From the NCBI GenBank assembly GCA_973895155.1, contig OZ316892.1, positions 9,714,283 through 9,778,282 of the forward strand: a DNA stretch of 64,000 nucleotides, written 5' to 3'. The DNA is from Marsupella aquatica. Lineage: Eukaryota; Plantae; Marchantiophyta. Shown here in pieces: positions 35,705-49,207 of this stretch. The notes under the pieces were generated by a model. The model did not search any database. It saw only the letters and a list, made by a program, of their open reading frames with translations, and had not been told where the DNA came from. Both the position numbers and the translations under genes were made by a program. Numbering within the stretch: the first letter of the stretch is position 1; every line of letters starts with the position of its first letter.

Positions 35705-37121
35705 CTAAGCATACTTTCCACTGCTAGGATTGGTGGCGGGCACAAGTTTCTTGCGGCCCTTGGTACGTCTACGCTTGATGACTCTTCGCCCATCCGTAGT
35801 GCTCATTCTGATTCGGAAACCTGAGACCCTCGCAACTGACTTCCGTGACCTTGATCTCTTTGTGCATCCGATTGCAACCTTGGCTCTGACAAGCACCAGC
35901 CCTCCTCTTTGAAGAGTAGGCAGCCTGAATACTGATGGCCTCAAAGCCAATCCTGCTTACAGCAAGAACGCGATGTGAGATTACGAATAGCAGGCATCTG
36001 ATGCTGTCGGACGGTGAACTGCCATTGCTGCAATAACCACATTCAGCTGGCCACTAACATTGAAAGGAACTTGTAAATACCAACAAAAAAAAACTAGTTG
36101 ATCGGGATAGAAAACCCCATAATGGATGTCAGTTTATCGGCAATCGTGGAGTAAAGTTCCATAGTAATAAAATAGACAATTTGACTGTTCCAGGCATGAA
36201 GCAGCAACGCAGGATAACACTTATCGCTACGACATTAAATCTCGCAGGGAGAAAAAATAAATGAATTAATAAATAAACTTATGGTTTTCAAGTTCAAGCA
36301 TCGCATGACGGCACTGTTCTGCGTATTTGACCCAGTAACCCCTGTCATCTCCAAAACCTAACCAAACGAAAACCCTGAGAGCACAATCGCAGCGGACCAG
36401 AGCGACCTATGGAGCTGGAAAATCCAACTAGCCAACATCCCCACAACACCAGGGATGACTGAGCTTGAAAAAATGCTTATTACATGCACAACATTTTCTC
36501 AATCACGATGGTTGAACGCTCATACACAGACAATCAGCGCGAATCTTCGCTTCTGGTTCCCATCGAATGAAGAATTGAATCCTACAATTCTTCACAAACA
36601 CAATATTGTAGACAACGTTCTGATCCAAGGATTCGATCTCATACCCTAGACATAGCCATAGCCCAGCCTATGCACATCCCATAACACCCCATAGCCCGGC
36701 TAAAGCACACATCCAGCCCATAAGCAACGCCAGCATACACTGAGTTCAAGGAAAAGCCCGAATTCAGTCACACCCCAAAGCAAGGCGAGAGAGCAAAAGT
36801 TCGCCATTGAAACGAGAGGAACCTAAATTGGTGTCACAAACTCGACACCACAAATTCAGCAACAGATCTGCTCAAACCGTCCTCACGAAAACCGACGTCA
36901 GCAAAGGGAGCGAGCTGAAGGAGATTAGAGCTGCTGCTCGACTTACCGGCGAAGGAGCACGACGAGGAGGATGCGACTGCGCGAGAGGAGATGAAGGAGG
37001 ACGACAATCCCGCCGGCGCGGTGGACAGGCGGTGTGAGACGGAGGCCGTGCAGGACGGCAGTCCCACGCGCATTGAGGCAGAAGCAGGAGCAGTAGCAGC
37101 ACAAATTGTCGCCATCGCCAT
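35705..37121 (-). CDS. RPL34: Nuclear-encoded plastid ribosomal protein bL34c, 140 aa; exons 37121-36947, 35952-35705
   Basis: Ser/Ala-rich transit peptide in exon 1, phase-1 intron G|GTAAGT...CAG|GA, and L34 core TKRSRSRKSVARVSGFRIRMSTTDGRRVIKRRRTKGRKKL. Confidence 0.9.
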
Positions 37122-37404
37122 CGCCACGAAAGCTCTTTCAGCAACAGAGAAATCGAAATGTAAGCAAAGCTCTAGAGCTCCGACTTTCTGTGAAGGAAAT
37201 TGCGACCTGCGATAGAAATCTATACATTATCCACTTCCCCGTCGTGTTACGCTTTCCGGTTCCTTGGGTTATGATTGAATGGGAGAGCGTGACTCCCACT
37301 CCCATTTTCTCTCGAAACAATTGGGAGGATATGGATGTGGAGTCCAAGGTCCCTTCAAAATTTTATGCACGTTAATGTCCTTTGTGAATTTGCTATTTGT
37401 TATT

Positions 37405-37780
37405 TTAGGGGCATCTTGTGACTTTCCTCTTTGCCATTTGCAAAGCACTATTCGAGAAAAATACACGAGCATATATGATTTTTTATTTGCCATTTTCAAG
37501 GCATTTTGTGATTTCTCTCCTTGTCATTTTCAGGGCATTTATTGGAGAAGAATACACAACAAGATTTGTATCAACTCCATTTTGTGATTTCTCTCCTTGT
37601 CATTTTCAGGGCACTATTGAAGAAGAATACACAATCAAGATTTGTATCAACTCCTTATGCAGGTTTCCCTTTTGCAATTTTTCTAGTTGTAGTTGTCAGG
37701 GTATTTTGTGATTTTCCTCCTTGTAATTTTCAGGGCATTAATGGAGAAGAATGCAACATCAAGATTTGGACTAACTCAAT
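37405..37780. repeat. Degenerate tandem repeat upstream of rpl34
   Basis: TTTTGTGATTTCTCTCCTTGTCATTTTCAGGGCA ... GAAGAATACACAA..AAGATTTGTATCAACTC recurs 3-4 times. Confidence 0.8.
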
Positions 37781-38056
37781 ATAAAGATTTCACTCTGCTT
37801 TTGCTAAAATTAGTAAGATTAAAAAACTCATAGACCAAATTAAAGGCCCTCTTGCCAGAGCATTAAATGACAACTGCCCATATATATAAAATGGCCCCCT
37901 CCCTTGCCTACTGACTGTTCATTCTTGCCTCCCAAGCCTGGGAGCACACAACAACCAGCTAGCCACTCCACACTTCGTAGAGGCATTCTTGCACAACCAG
38001 CCACCACCTCATCTTGCCCCTCTATGTTAAAGCCGTGTGTTTGAACAAAATCTTAT

Positions 38057-38160
38057 ACCATTTTACCAAGATTCGATTCTCCTGATTACAATCTAGTGGG
38101 ATAGCCACACCATTTTACCAAGATTCGATTCTCCTGATTACAATCTAGTGGGATAGCCAC
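38057..38160. repeat. Near-perfect ~52-bp tandem duplication
   Basis: ACCATTTTACCAAGATTCGATTCTCCTGATTACAATCTAGTGGGATAGCCAC occurs twice. Confidence 0.9.
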
Positions 38161-39054
38161 TAAGCATGTATCACTTCATGGAGAACATTGAGGACCCAAT
38201 TATATTTAATACATGTCAGGAGACCCATACCCGGTACTAGGTCTCCCTGGCAGTTGCCCACCACTACTGCCCTCATTGTTACCTGGCCATCACTGACCAA
38301 TTAGAGCCCTATAATGAGAGCTATGGGTTACCTGTGGTTCTCAGAGGGGTAGTTGTGGTTTGAAGCATCATTGTCCCTAAAGCAAGACCTGGTGGATCCA
38401 GGTTACTAAAATGAGTGAATAATGTTCTCAAAAAAGTAATAAAGTGCACTTGTTTGTCCTCCCCAAACCTGGTGGGCAGTGGTGGGTTAAGGCCATTACA
38501 ATTATTCGTTCTCTAATTATATAGATTAACTTCTGACCATTAGATTGCCCTGGACATAATTAAGATTCTGGCTCATGGGGTCTAGGTAGGAAACTGGCAA
38601 ATGGAATATTAAAAAGACCTTACTAGTAAAATTTTTGTCAAAGTAACAAAGTCAGTCTATTCAGAGAGGTGGAATCAAACAAATTTTACCCACTAATAAA
38701 ACACTGGTATGGACAGAGAGAGCATAGAGATGGTGAGAGATACAGAGAGCATTCGGGCAAGAAAACAACCAAAAGGTTTTTTGCCATGTATGATTGTTAA
38801 AGTGTTGAGCACTCAAATCCTTTGATGAATATAAAACAAGTGAACCATTGATTGAAATTGCATTCACTTAACAAATGCTTCCAACATTGCACAATCTGAC
38901 CTAGTTCTGGTACATGACATCATTGGGCAGTTTTGAGGGTTGGTATTCCTCTCTACTCCTTGTTTGGGGACTCGTGGAATAGGGTTGTAAGGCGAGCCTT
39001 CCTGGCTCTACCATTTTGATTATTTGGATCCTGTAGTACCTGTTGTACTCTGTA

Positions 39055-39160
39055 CAATCTTGCCTAAATTGTGGACAAGGTGAAGAGGGCAATCTTGACT
39101 AAATTGGGGACAGGGTGAAGAAGGCAATCTTGCCTAAACTGTGGGCAGGGTGAAGGAGGC
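39055..39160. repeat. ~35-bp tandem repeat x3
   Basis: CAATCTTG(C/A)CTAAA(T/C)TG(T/G)GG(A/G)CA(A/G)GGTGAAG units. Confidence 0.8.
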
Positions 39161-39654
39161 TGACACAGAACTTGTTGACCCTTTGGGAACCATTGTTTGA
39201 ATCAAAGTCAGTAGAACTTAGGTAATGACGAAGTGTAGGGACATGACAAAAGATTGGGTGGCTGCCAATAACGACGTTTCCAGAAGGAAAACCTAGAAAT
39301 CCTGGAAAATGTGAAACAGTTTCGCGGTCTGGACTGAAGCATTAAACTTAGAGTTCTGGCATACTCCTAACCTAGGACCTCAAGCTCTCCGGTTAAAGGT
39401 TCGAGCTGTGATGGACTAAAGAACAAATTAAAGCGATTCCCTACAGACAATGTGGTAGACAGCAGAATCAAGGAAGACATAGGACGTACATACATACTTC
39501 GAATTATTCACAGGCTGCATGACTTCGAATGACTTTAGATATTTGTTGAGTATCTGTACATTAATACTGCGACTCCTATCGATTCGTAAAGCTTGGTAAG
39601 ACTGAAGCCTTCATAGAACATTTGCCTTTGAAGGTGAGCAGTAAACTTCACCTT

Positions 39655-42340
39655 CTACGTAGCAAGGAACCTCACTACTTCGCTGTAACAGTCAATGTTT
39701 GCAGTCATGCCAACCATGAAGTCCATGTGTCCATAATCAGGCAACAGAACGACTTCGGGCTGGAACTGCAGTTGTTGTAGTAAAAGGTTCACATCTTGTA
39801 CATCCACGAGACCGTCCTTGCCTCCGTGTATCAGGAGAAGCGGCATAGGTGAAATCATTGATAGATCGTATGCCGGAGGAAAGAACGACTTGTACACATC
39901 GAGGTTCTGCAATAAGCCGTAGTCATACTTGGCAAAACTTTTTGTTCGATACTCTGAGTCATGTGTCAAACCCAACTATTCGTCAGTAAACCGAACCACA
40001 CCTAAGCATGCAAGGAAATGGGCTCAAAGCTGTTAGGACGAAACACCAACGTACAACAGACAAGTTTGACGGAATACTTACGTTGGGCAAAGTGAACAAC
40101 GTTCTTCGTGGCAGTGGATTCCCCACATTCATCATAGTAAGGCATCCGGGTAATGTTTATGCAGCAATTGGGACCTGCACGCCAACGGAATGGAATGATG
40201 CTCAGCCTTTCCACAGGACAGTTTATCGCTCGAGCCCGTTCCAAAAGTAGAGCCCTTACAGACAACAAGAGAGTTTTACAGACCTGTTATGGCTGTGACC
40301 ATGCTGCCGGTGCAATTCGCGAGAGGGTTCGAACAAATCCGATCCATAAAGCCTGTCTGTCTGCCATAAATGTGATCAAACCAAGACGTCCTCAGTCCCC
40401 ATTTTCAAAAAGTGAAGACCTGTGAACACAGTCACGTTGTACGAAGGGATCCGTAGGCTCGATCTCCTAGACGGTTGAACAGAATCTGTCAAAACTTTGC
40501 CCAAATGGGGAGCTTTCTGAACTATTGCATGCAGCTCATGATCTCAAGCTAGGTAAACCGCTTACTCGTGAGGGTCGAACTCGTTGACACCAAAAAGCAG
40601 CATCTGTCACGAACCAATATCATTCGAGGTTAGCAGTGGACCAAAACCATTGTGTTGCGAGTTTCCTCTATAGCCAAATCCGGTCAACCAAGTTGAGGGT
40701 GTCGAGAGTCTTACATCATCAACTAGGAAAAAGTCAGCCCCTATGGTCAGAATGGTTTCCATGGAGCTTATGTAGCCGACAGGCGCGATCAGCACAACCT
40801 TGTCGAGAAGTGGCAGGACTACTCCGTCCGAGAATGCAGCAATTGCTGCTTGTGAGCCCTGAATATGGCAACAAGCAAGCCTGAGACACACTTACTCTGG
40901 TTGTGATCAGAGGCAATGGGCATCAGATTTGAAGGAGCCTTACTATAATTGCTTCTGTCTCAACTGATTGGGTGTATTGTGGATCGATACCTGCGAGTAA
41001 CCGACATAATGAATGGGCATAGTAGTCTTGGACGACACAACCCCCAACATGGCTGGTAAATCGTCTGCAGCAAGCTCGTCCAAGCTCCAATTCCAAAAAT
41101 CCTACAGCAAAAGAATTTCAACAACGAACTCTAGCGTAGTCAGGCACACAAGTTGATCAAACTTACTTAAATTTTGCTTTGCTCGACTCTCTAGAGTAGA
41201 CTGGCACAAGATAAGGACTTATGAAAATTGATGTGGATGAAGCTAAATTGAACCTTGTCTGTCCTGCTAAGTGTCAGATGTCCGCTGCTGTAATTTGTTG
41301 TACGAGAATTCCCAACCCAGACGTCGTAACCAGCGTCAACGAGCATGAGCGGGAGACAATTCGAAGGACAATTCAACAGCCACGAATCACCAGCCTACTC
41401 ACACAGCAAACACGGTATAAGCTTTGCAATTGTCAATTCAGTTTTTTACGCCAAATGAAAAGCAACTAGCAATTCAATTGAGCGAGAGAATGATCTGATG
41501 CCCTGCTGCGCTGCATTTCCATTTTACACTACTTGAATGTTAACTATCCACCTCTGAACAATAATCACAATCATGATGAACGCCCCAAATCTGAAATTGG
41601 AAGATCTTTCTTAGTTTGAGCCTTCATAAATTATTCAAAAGATCACTGTCAATCAGCCTGAACGCGCTATTTGACATGAGGTTGACAAGAGAGGGTGATG
41701 AATTTACAGAAAGTAGTCCATGATTGAGGAAGACAGGCTTCTTCGACGTTGCGGGTCCCTGAGAACCACTATAAACCCTCTGCACTCCCAAAAGGAAGCC
41801 ATCTGTCGTTTGAACCTGTACAGTACACACCTATGTCTTAGCTGCATTAACTCCCATTATATAGGCTCTCACGTACATAATCACAGATTGCACAATTGGG
41901 CAACAACTGCCCACCAAGATCACAAGCTTGCAAGAGCGAATCATTGCTCTTTTCTCGCTATTGTGCATGCAGTAGGTCATTTCGACACAAACGAGGTCAG
42001 CATGGAGCAAAATTTCACTGTAACACGTCTACCGAATAAGGTACTGCCAGTGGACAACATTTTGATGAGGCATTTACTTGATTAAAACTTGTGTTCGTTA
42101 CACATGAAGATACTCACCTGCCAATGCCTACATTAGCTACTGGATTTCATAAAGATAAAGAGAACGCACCACATATTCGTCACAATTGTAACTTAAACCC
42201 AGTGATAACACCAACGTAGCGCACAGTCCGCTTGGCTTATCAAGAGGACCTTGGATCTGCAAGTCAGACTGGACCAACAGTAGTCCAGCCAACATCAAAA
42301 GAGCTCCAACGACAGGCCATCCATTGTCCATGGCACGCAT
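39655..42340 (-). CDS. Secreted triacylglycerol lipase, acid (gastric/lysosomal) lipase family, LIP1-like; 9 exons (42340-42170, 41815-41708, 41394-41254, 41101-40991, 40858-40715, 40603-40566, 40360-40284, 40174-40082, 39953-39655)
   Basis: Signal peptide, VQTTDGFLLGVQR, PVFLNHGL, GYDVWVGNSR, FWNWSLDELA, nucleophile GYSQG, GPNCC, catalytic D (KDGL) and H (YGHMDF). All junctions are phase-consistent. Confidence 0.92.
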
Positions 42341-42559
42341 TTCGGCTTATATGAAATCTGCTTCAAAAGATTCTCAAACTAAAGCGAGACTACTTGTGCT
42401 CAATTTCACAGGGACATATTCACTCGGCCTGCCCAAATTTGGTCCATCACTTTATCTTCCGTGGCTTTCCTCTATGCATCTCCTGTGGCTCGGTACTGAT
42501 TGTCACTGCCACTACTCTTTCGATGACATTCGTGAGCTTGCATGATGTGCGAGAAGGCA

Positions 42560-43350
42560 TAAGAGCAGCGAGACATCGATGCGAAGACAGCAACTAGACA
42601 CCTAAAACGATCTCAAGGCCCAGCCAGCTACGTACAACAGGTTCTAGAGTAATACAACTCTCCTACACACTACTGCAATATCGAGGACAGAATGTTCAAT
42701 AACATCGAAGTGAATGAACTTTCTCACGCTGCTGGTACTGTGCTAGCTGTATTCCACTCATGCTCTCAAATCAAATATCAAAGCGCTGCGTACTCGGCTC
42801 GAAATCTCCTTCACACACACCGGCACCGGGAGAGTCCCTCCAAGACTGACTAGAGGGAACGCCAGGACACACTCCCAATGCCAGAAATGTTCTGTTCTGA
42901 CAGAATCAACAGCATCGAAGAGAAAATGAACCTCGTCATGGGTCACGCTGCTGTGATTGTGTCGTATTCCACTCAAAATCTCAAATCAACTGTCTAATCG
43001 CTGCACACCAGCTCAAAATCTCCTTAAATGAATGCTAGGACCAGTCTAGGCAGCTACAAGTCTACAACAGCTAGGTTCCAGAATAATGATGCTCTCCAAC
43101 ACACAACTGCAATCACCGCGTCCCTCAAAGACTGCTCAGACTCCTCAGAGAGAACGGCAAGACAGACAGCCGATGACAGAAACGTAATTATAGCCCTGAC
43201 AGTATCAACAACAACAAAGCGAATCAATGAACCTCCTCGCAACGTACTGTACTGTATTCCACTTCCACTCAAAATCTCAATTCAAATATAAAATCGCCGA
43301 GGACAGACCGATTGCACTCCACTCACAATCTCAAATCAAAACATCTCATC
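42560..43350. repeat. Degenerate direct repeats upstream of the lipase
   Basis: CAGCTAC..TACAACAG..GGTTC.AGA.TAAT..CTCTCC.ACACAC.ACTGCAAT occurs twice; TCCACTCA..(A/C)TCTCAA(A/T)TCAA occurs four times. Confidence 0.55.
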
Positions 43351-44588
43351 GCTACGCGCGCCTTCAATGCACAAGTCACAAACGCACAACCCAGCGTTAG
43401 CAAGGTAGACATTCTCATGTACTACCGCATCCTCCATCATTCCTGCTAACCTTGGAGACAGAAAGTCCGCTTGCTTTCAGGCACCTGTTGAACATTCACT
43501 CTTCTGTACAGTACTGGTGAATCTCAAATCGCTGCACAGCGTACTCGACATTTGCAAGATATACCGGTACTGTCCTCTTTGTACTGTACCATATGCTTTC
43601 TTCCTCATTTATTTTCCACACACGAATTCATCTTCGACCGGAGCTTTTCGCTGGTTCGTAGGATTGTCATTGAAGCATGCATGCATGTGGCGAAATAGAT
43701 TGTCACAGCGTTACTGGGGACGTGCCCGATGTTGACTCCTCCGACTCCATGATGATGATTCTGCTCCGTCCTCCGTATATTTCATAATCGGCTGAGCGCG
43801 AATCACCTACCCACTGGGCCCGTACTAATTCAGAGCAGACCAGTGGGGCACCCATCGGACGTGGGAATATTGATTGTGGACGAGCAATCCTCGGAACTCA
43901 TGGCAACTGTCTCGTTCTCGTTGTTCTACCCTAGTGATGGGCAAATGTTGCGTGATTGAATTTTCATGAAGGAACACATGCTGCAATTGGTATGGACGAA
44001 ATTTCCATGAAAATTGGGACCCATACTCAAATTTAGTGGCTATTATGCAACATGTCCTTTTTAGTTGCGTTTTTATGTTTATTCTGCAACGTCAATGTTT
44101 TTTTTCTTACAGTTGGGACTCAGGTGAGCATTGATGAAGTGCTGATTTTTTTTCTTTTTAATGATTATTGTGTAACATGTCCTTTTTTACTGACAATCAT
44201 GACACATATGCATTGATGAAGTGCTCACTTTTTTCTGTTGTAGAGAGACATACTTGACTACCCTCAAAATAAAACTGTTACTCAATGAAGCCCGTGAGGG
44301 TTTGGGTACATTGATTAAAAGTTTCTCAAATGAATTTGGCACCAGCATTTGCAAAAACCGTCATCCCAAAGTGGGGTTGACCCTTGCACTCTAAAGACTG
44401 TTGTCCACTTAGAAAGACTAGAGGCATGTCTGTAGGAAAGTTCCAAAAATTGTCAACCTGACTGGAAATTGTGTGTGTAGGAAGTCAGAGTACATTTCAG
44501 TAACTTTAGAGAAGTTGGTGGTTTAATCAAAGAGCATTATTTTGGGTGAACCAAAATCTCTCACTTCACCAATTTACATCTTATATTG

Positions 44589-44938
44589 TGTTAGGCATTT
44601 ATTCTTCGATCTAGAGTTATGATTGTTACTGTGGTTAGGGTTAACCTTAGTCGCAAACATGATTAGGTTAGCCATGTTGCACATTACATCTCAAATGGTG
44701 TTTGTTTGGATATGAGTACTAACTTGATCAGACTCATTGTTACAAAACAAATTGAGAGATAGGGAGAACTTGTATTGCGAAGACTCGGTATGGCCGACAG
44801 GCCTAAAGTGGAGTAAAACTTTCATGTGTTCCAATTCACATAGCCTCGGTTGAGGTGAACCACATATCTCTCTATGTCAATTACTTGTGTGTTGGATCAT
44901 CATGGGCTTGCAATTGTGAATGTAGTCTTTGCTCAACA
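44589..44938 (+). mobile_element. Solo LTR (350 bp)
   Basis: TGTTAGG...GCTCAACA flanked by 5-bp TSD TATTG (44584-44588 and 44939-44943). Strand is arbitrary. Confidence 0.85.
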
Positions 44939-46144
44939 TATTGGTGTGTATGTAGTTGAAGACATACAATTGTCCTGACGATCATCAATTGTTGGCATGT
45001 GCAAGTGTAATGTCACATGCTCAATTTTGAATTTTTTTGCGTGATTGAGTAGAAAGAAGCCATGCAACCGGATGGAGTAGGTTAAATATGTTATTTGTGA
45101 CATTTGTACTGGCCTCGCCCGGGACCAGCAGTACGCAATAAGTGGAAAACAATGTACCAAATCAAAGCGCACAATGGTTTTCTGGGATCCAAAGACATGT
45201 GAATTGTTTTCCTTTATCAAAATAGACCCACAAAAACTCTTGAAAACTTTTGCCGTAGTTTACGGGGTAGCATAGTAACACAGGTTACACAAATTCTTGT
45301 ATGTATGTGATTGAATGTCAAGATTAAATGCAAGGTATGTATTCTTGAGTCCTTATTAATTAAATGCAATGTTAATGACAGTGTAAATAAGGAGCGTGAG
45401 AATTTTCATGAAGGGGAGCTTGTATAAGTGTTGTCCTTTGGAGTTGTCGGTGGTTCTTACAGACCCCATGAGGGGTCCTTTCCAAATTCAAGACTCCAAT
45501 GCATACCACATCATTGTGGCGTACTGCAAACAAGAAGAAAGTTGTTTCCAAATAAAAATAACTGTTGCTCTTGTGTTTGTGGAAAATTCTATGTAAAAAT
45601 TGGGATGCCATACCGTAAAAAAGAATGTAAAAATAATCACATATGAAGCGCAATATATACAATGATATTGAGGTAAAACAAACCGCTCTTGATAACCTTT
45701 TCATTGATAGGAATTGACTCGAGTTCTCGACTTTAGTTAGTTTGGCCTTACTAGGGTTAATTGACCCTTGGTTAGTTTAGGATAAGATCCACTTGTTTAG
45801 GCCCACACATCTTTATCTCCCTTGGAGGGTATAGGTTGGAGGGAGAGCATTCTCTCCCTCATTTTTCACATGTTCAATTTCATGAGCTATGGATCCTTTG
45901 GGAGTTTCTCCATGATCATGGTGTCTTGTTGGTGTAGTGTGAGATTGAACGCTCTCATGTTCCACATTGCTGTCTAGTCTTGATCCAACAATTTTCTTAC
46001 ACCTTTTTACTCAATTTTTGTTCTTAATGTAAACATTTTATAAAACGTTATAAAAAAATTAACAAAAAATGGACACATGTCAATGTTTGACAATAAAACA
46101 GTTGCCAAACTTACCTAGGCAACTATAAACAACTGACTGCCAAA

Positions 46145-46488
46145 TGTTGAGCATAGACAACAATCACAACGGCAAGCCAATGAACTATCCAACGCAAAAT
46201 AGTCGACACAGAGAGATACGTGGTTCACCTCCACATGAGGCTATGTCCACGGGAACACACAAGAGCTTTACTGCACTCTAGGCCGACCGGCCATACCAAT
46301 ATCCACAACGCAAGCTCTCTCTATCTCTCAACTAGCTCCGTAACAATGAGCCTGAGTTCCCACTCTCCAAGCAAACACCGCTTGGTTATAGAGTGTGCAC
46401 AACATGACTAACCTAACCAAGTCTGCGACTAAGGTTAGCCTTAACTACGGTACAGTCGTAACTCTAGACCTAAGAGTAAATCCTAACA
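46145..46488 (-). mobile_element. Solo LTR (344 bp), same family, opposite orientation
   Basis: Reverse complement aligns along its full length with 44589-44938. TG...CA ends and 5-bp TSD CCAAA (46140-46144 and 46489-46493). Confidence 0.85.
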
Positions 46489-48508
46489 CCAAAACCATCA
46501 AAAATATGCTCAAAGATTGAGTGTGCAAACTACGAGATGATAATTAGTAGAATAGGTGCTCGAATAGGTGAGGCACGAGTAGATAGATATAACAAGAACG
46601 AGGATCAACTACCAGCTTAGAATTATGGAAAACTAGTAATGCCATCAAGAAAGTGTTGCAAGTGTAATTGGCTGGAGACACAACAACTCGGGAGATTGAA
46701 CCTATCAGCTACTTATAATCATCTTCTTGGTAGTATAGACTTAATAAAGTTGAAGGCCCAATCTTCATTCTGAATTGTTGTGTTTTGCTTTCTTAAAAAA
46801 ATTTCAACAGGGGAACCTGCAGATAGGCATGTTTAGTATCACACATTGTCCAACACAAATATTTTTGTTTAATTAATCTCCTAACTAGAAATAAAACCAA
46901 AGAAGCTACTCTACTACATTTCAATCTTAACATCGAAAACAACCTAGACCAAAGAGTTAGGGGTCCACAAACTATTTATGTTTAATCCATGTCCAATTAA
47001 TCTAGGTATCTTTATGATAGCACAAGGCTCAAAAAGTTTTAGAGAAATGTACTAGAAAAAGGGATTGAATAGTGGATGAGCTTTAATTGGGTTATTGTGA
47101 GTAAAATGTGGTCCACAAGGGCTACAAAAATAGGTGGGAATTTTTGATAAGCCTGTAGCCTTCCTTTTTGGTTTTCTGAGCCTACATGAGTAGAGTAGGG
47201 GATGACCATGATGGTCAAGAGTGAGGGAGGGAGGAGGGGCAAAGTTTGCTTTCCAGAAACAGAAACAAGGATTTATACACTGCTAGAGCCAGGTTGGGGA
47301 TATATGGAATATTTCTCCTACAACTAGGAGTGGGAGTGTAACTAAGGCCCCCACTTCTAGTACCTGCTCCATGGAACCAATTTCAATGCAATGCGACAGC
47401 TGCTCCTGGGCACCCTCTGCTGGATTGAAACAGGTCCCTATACATATAGGAGTTTTCCCATGTGCCCCTTCTGACCATAAATCATGGGTACCTTAAGTAG
47501 TGAGGACTTAGGCTACAATGCTTAGCAAGACTTTTTCCAGTAAGTGTACCTCGTAGACCCAAAACTAATATAATTAGGTGAGTGTAGTGAAAGGTGAATT
47601 GAACTTGGAGGAAATTAATCTATTGGGCAGGTGTGTATCGGAACCACAAGTTTCACGCCTAAAGTGACTGTAAAAACTACGACACCAAAAAATAATAATT
47701 TATCAGTCAAGTTTTTCTTAGTTAATAAGCATCCATACTTACTGTTTGCTTCTAATTCACATTACAAAACTAAGGATAACCATAGTTTATTTCCCTCTTG
47801 GTTAGACTTTGTTGACTAGTGTATAAAATGCCATTTAGGAATTGGCCGGCCATGATGTTGTTATTTGTGATGGAAGGCACATTCTTCACAAGACAGGTCT
47901 CAATCTGAGGGATTTATAAATAATACTAACGTTTCATCTGCATGCTTTGTTTAAATTGTCAATGCTTACATAGTAGAAAGCTTTTAAAAAGGCATAACCA
48001 GTTACCAAGAGGTGCACCTATTCATAACAAATGAGAGAAAAAGTGGTACTGTAACTAAAATTGTGAATCTTTCTAGCAATTTGATTGTCATTAAATTGCC
48101 TCTTGGATACTAGCCATCACATTGACTCATAACAATCGCCACATCATGCCAATTTTTCTACCATGGATATCTCTTGTTCTTGACATATTAAGAACAAGAA
48201 TGTCACCCATGATTGTCCTTTCTTCTTGCATTTGTATGACTCTCTACCAAAGTTTCCTTAGATCCCTCATGTGGTGATCTACTCTTCATATTCATGCTAC
48301 CTTGTGCAATCTTAGTCTAAACAAGCTTTGGCATGGAATGAGATGTTCAAGCATATCTACACATACAAGAATTCAGCACATAATGCAGTAACGTTGAATG
48401 AAATTGCAACCCATATTTCTAGATCATGATTTTGAATCAAAGAAGCATTTCCAAGGTGCCAACTAACAGAACCTTAAGAAAACATTTATCATAAATCAAA
48501 ACATCATC

Positions 48509-49207
48509 ATGTCGTCACCAAGGAGGACCTCAAGTGAAAAAAAGCTTGTGTTTAGCACAGCATTGCCCCGATTTGTGAGATTTAAATCACAATCCCTTTG
48601 CAAGTTTCTAACTGTATCCACAGATGGGAAGGGGAGGCTGACATTCTCCAGCAGGATGAATCAGATAGATCCTAGTATGGTGTTTGAAATGGTGCATGTG
48701 GATGCACCTTCTCAAGGCCACAAAGTAGTGAAGATCAAGTCGACCCTGACAAAAAAGTTTTTGAAGCGTATATCAAACGCTAAAGTTTCACAATGCAAGG
48801 TGCCTAAAGATGCCAAGGAGGGCATTGGGACCGGTATATTCAACATTATCATGGCCATTGCTAGTAGTGAGGGAGAGGCAGATGTATTTAAGTATGAAAC
48901 AATTCAAGGTGACGAAGGAGGACAAAAGGCAAAGACCATTACATTGTGGAATCCCAATGATAAGCGCTTCTTGGCACCCCACAATGTGATACAAAACAAT
49001 ATCACCCATGAGAGTATTGATTTTCTTGGTTGCATGTCTAAAGAGAAAAGGTTCAACACTGGCTTCTTCCTTTCTGCAATCTACCATCATCATGAACATT
49101 TGAAACGGTCTCCCATCAAGATGAGAGAGCTCTTCAGTGATCCAGGGCAACTCGCCGACGACCCTGAGTGGCTTAAAGTGACCAAAGTTACCACAACTCA
49201 TGGATAA
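48509..49207 (+). CDS. Intronless 232-aa protein with an amaranthin/agglutinin-like beta-trefoil domain
   Basis: Long ATG-initiated ORF in AT-rich surroundings. LPRFVRFKS..KFL..GRLTFS..DPSMVFEM..VKIKS..KKFLKR follows the amaranthin-domain pattern LPRFVVLKS..KYL..LQFS..SP..FEV..VHIRC..NKYW.R. No signal peptide. Confidence 0.6.
   Translation: MSSPRRTSSEKKLVFSTALPRFVRFKSQSLCKFLTVSTDGKGRLTFSSRMNQIDPSMVFEMVHVDAPSQGHKVVKIKSTLTKKFLKRISNAKVSQCKVPKDAKEGIGTGIFNIIMAIASSEGEADVFKYETIQGDEGGQKAKTITLWNPNDKRFLAPHNVIQNNITHESIDFLGCMSKEKRFNTGFFLSAIYHHHEHLKRSPIKMRELFSDPGQLADDPEWLKVTKVTTTHG

Noticed and set aside
44589-46488. Single 1.9-kb foldback/MULE element with 350-bp TIRs
   Set aside because: Each arm has its own TG...CA ends and a separate 5-bp TSD, so they are two solo LTRs.
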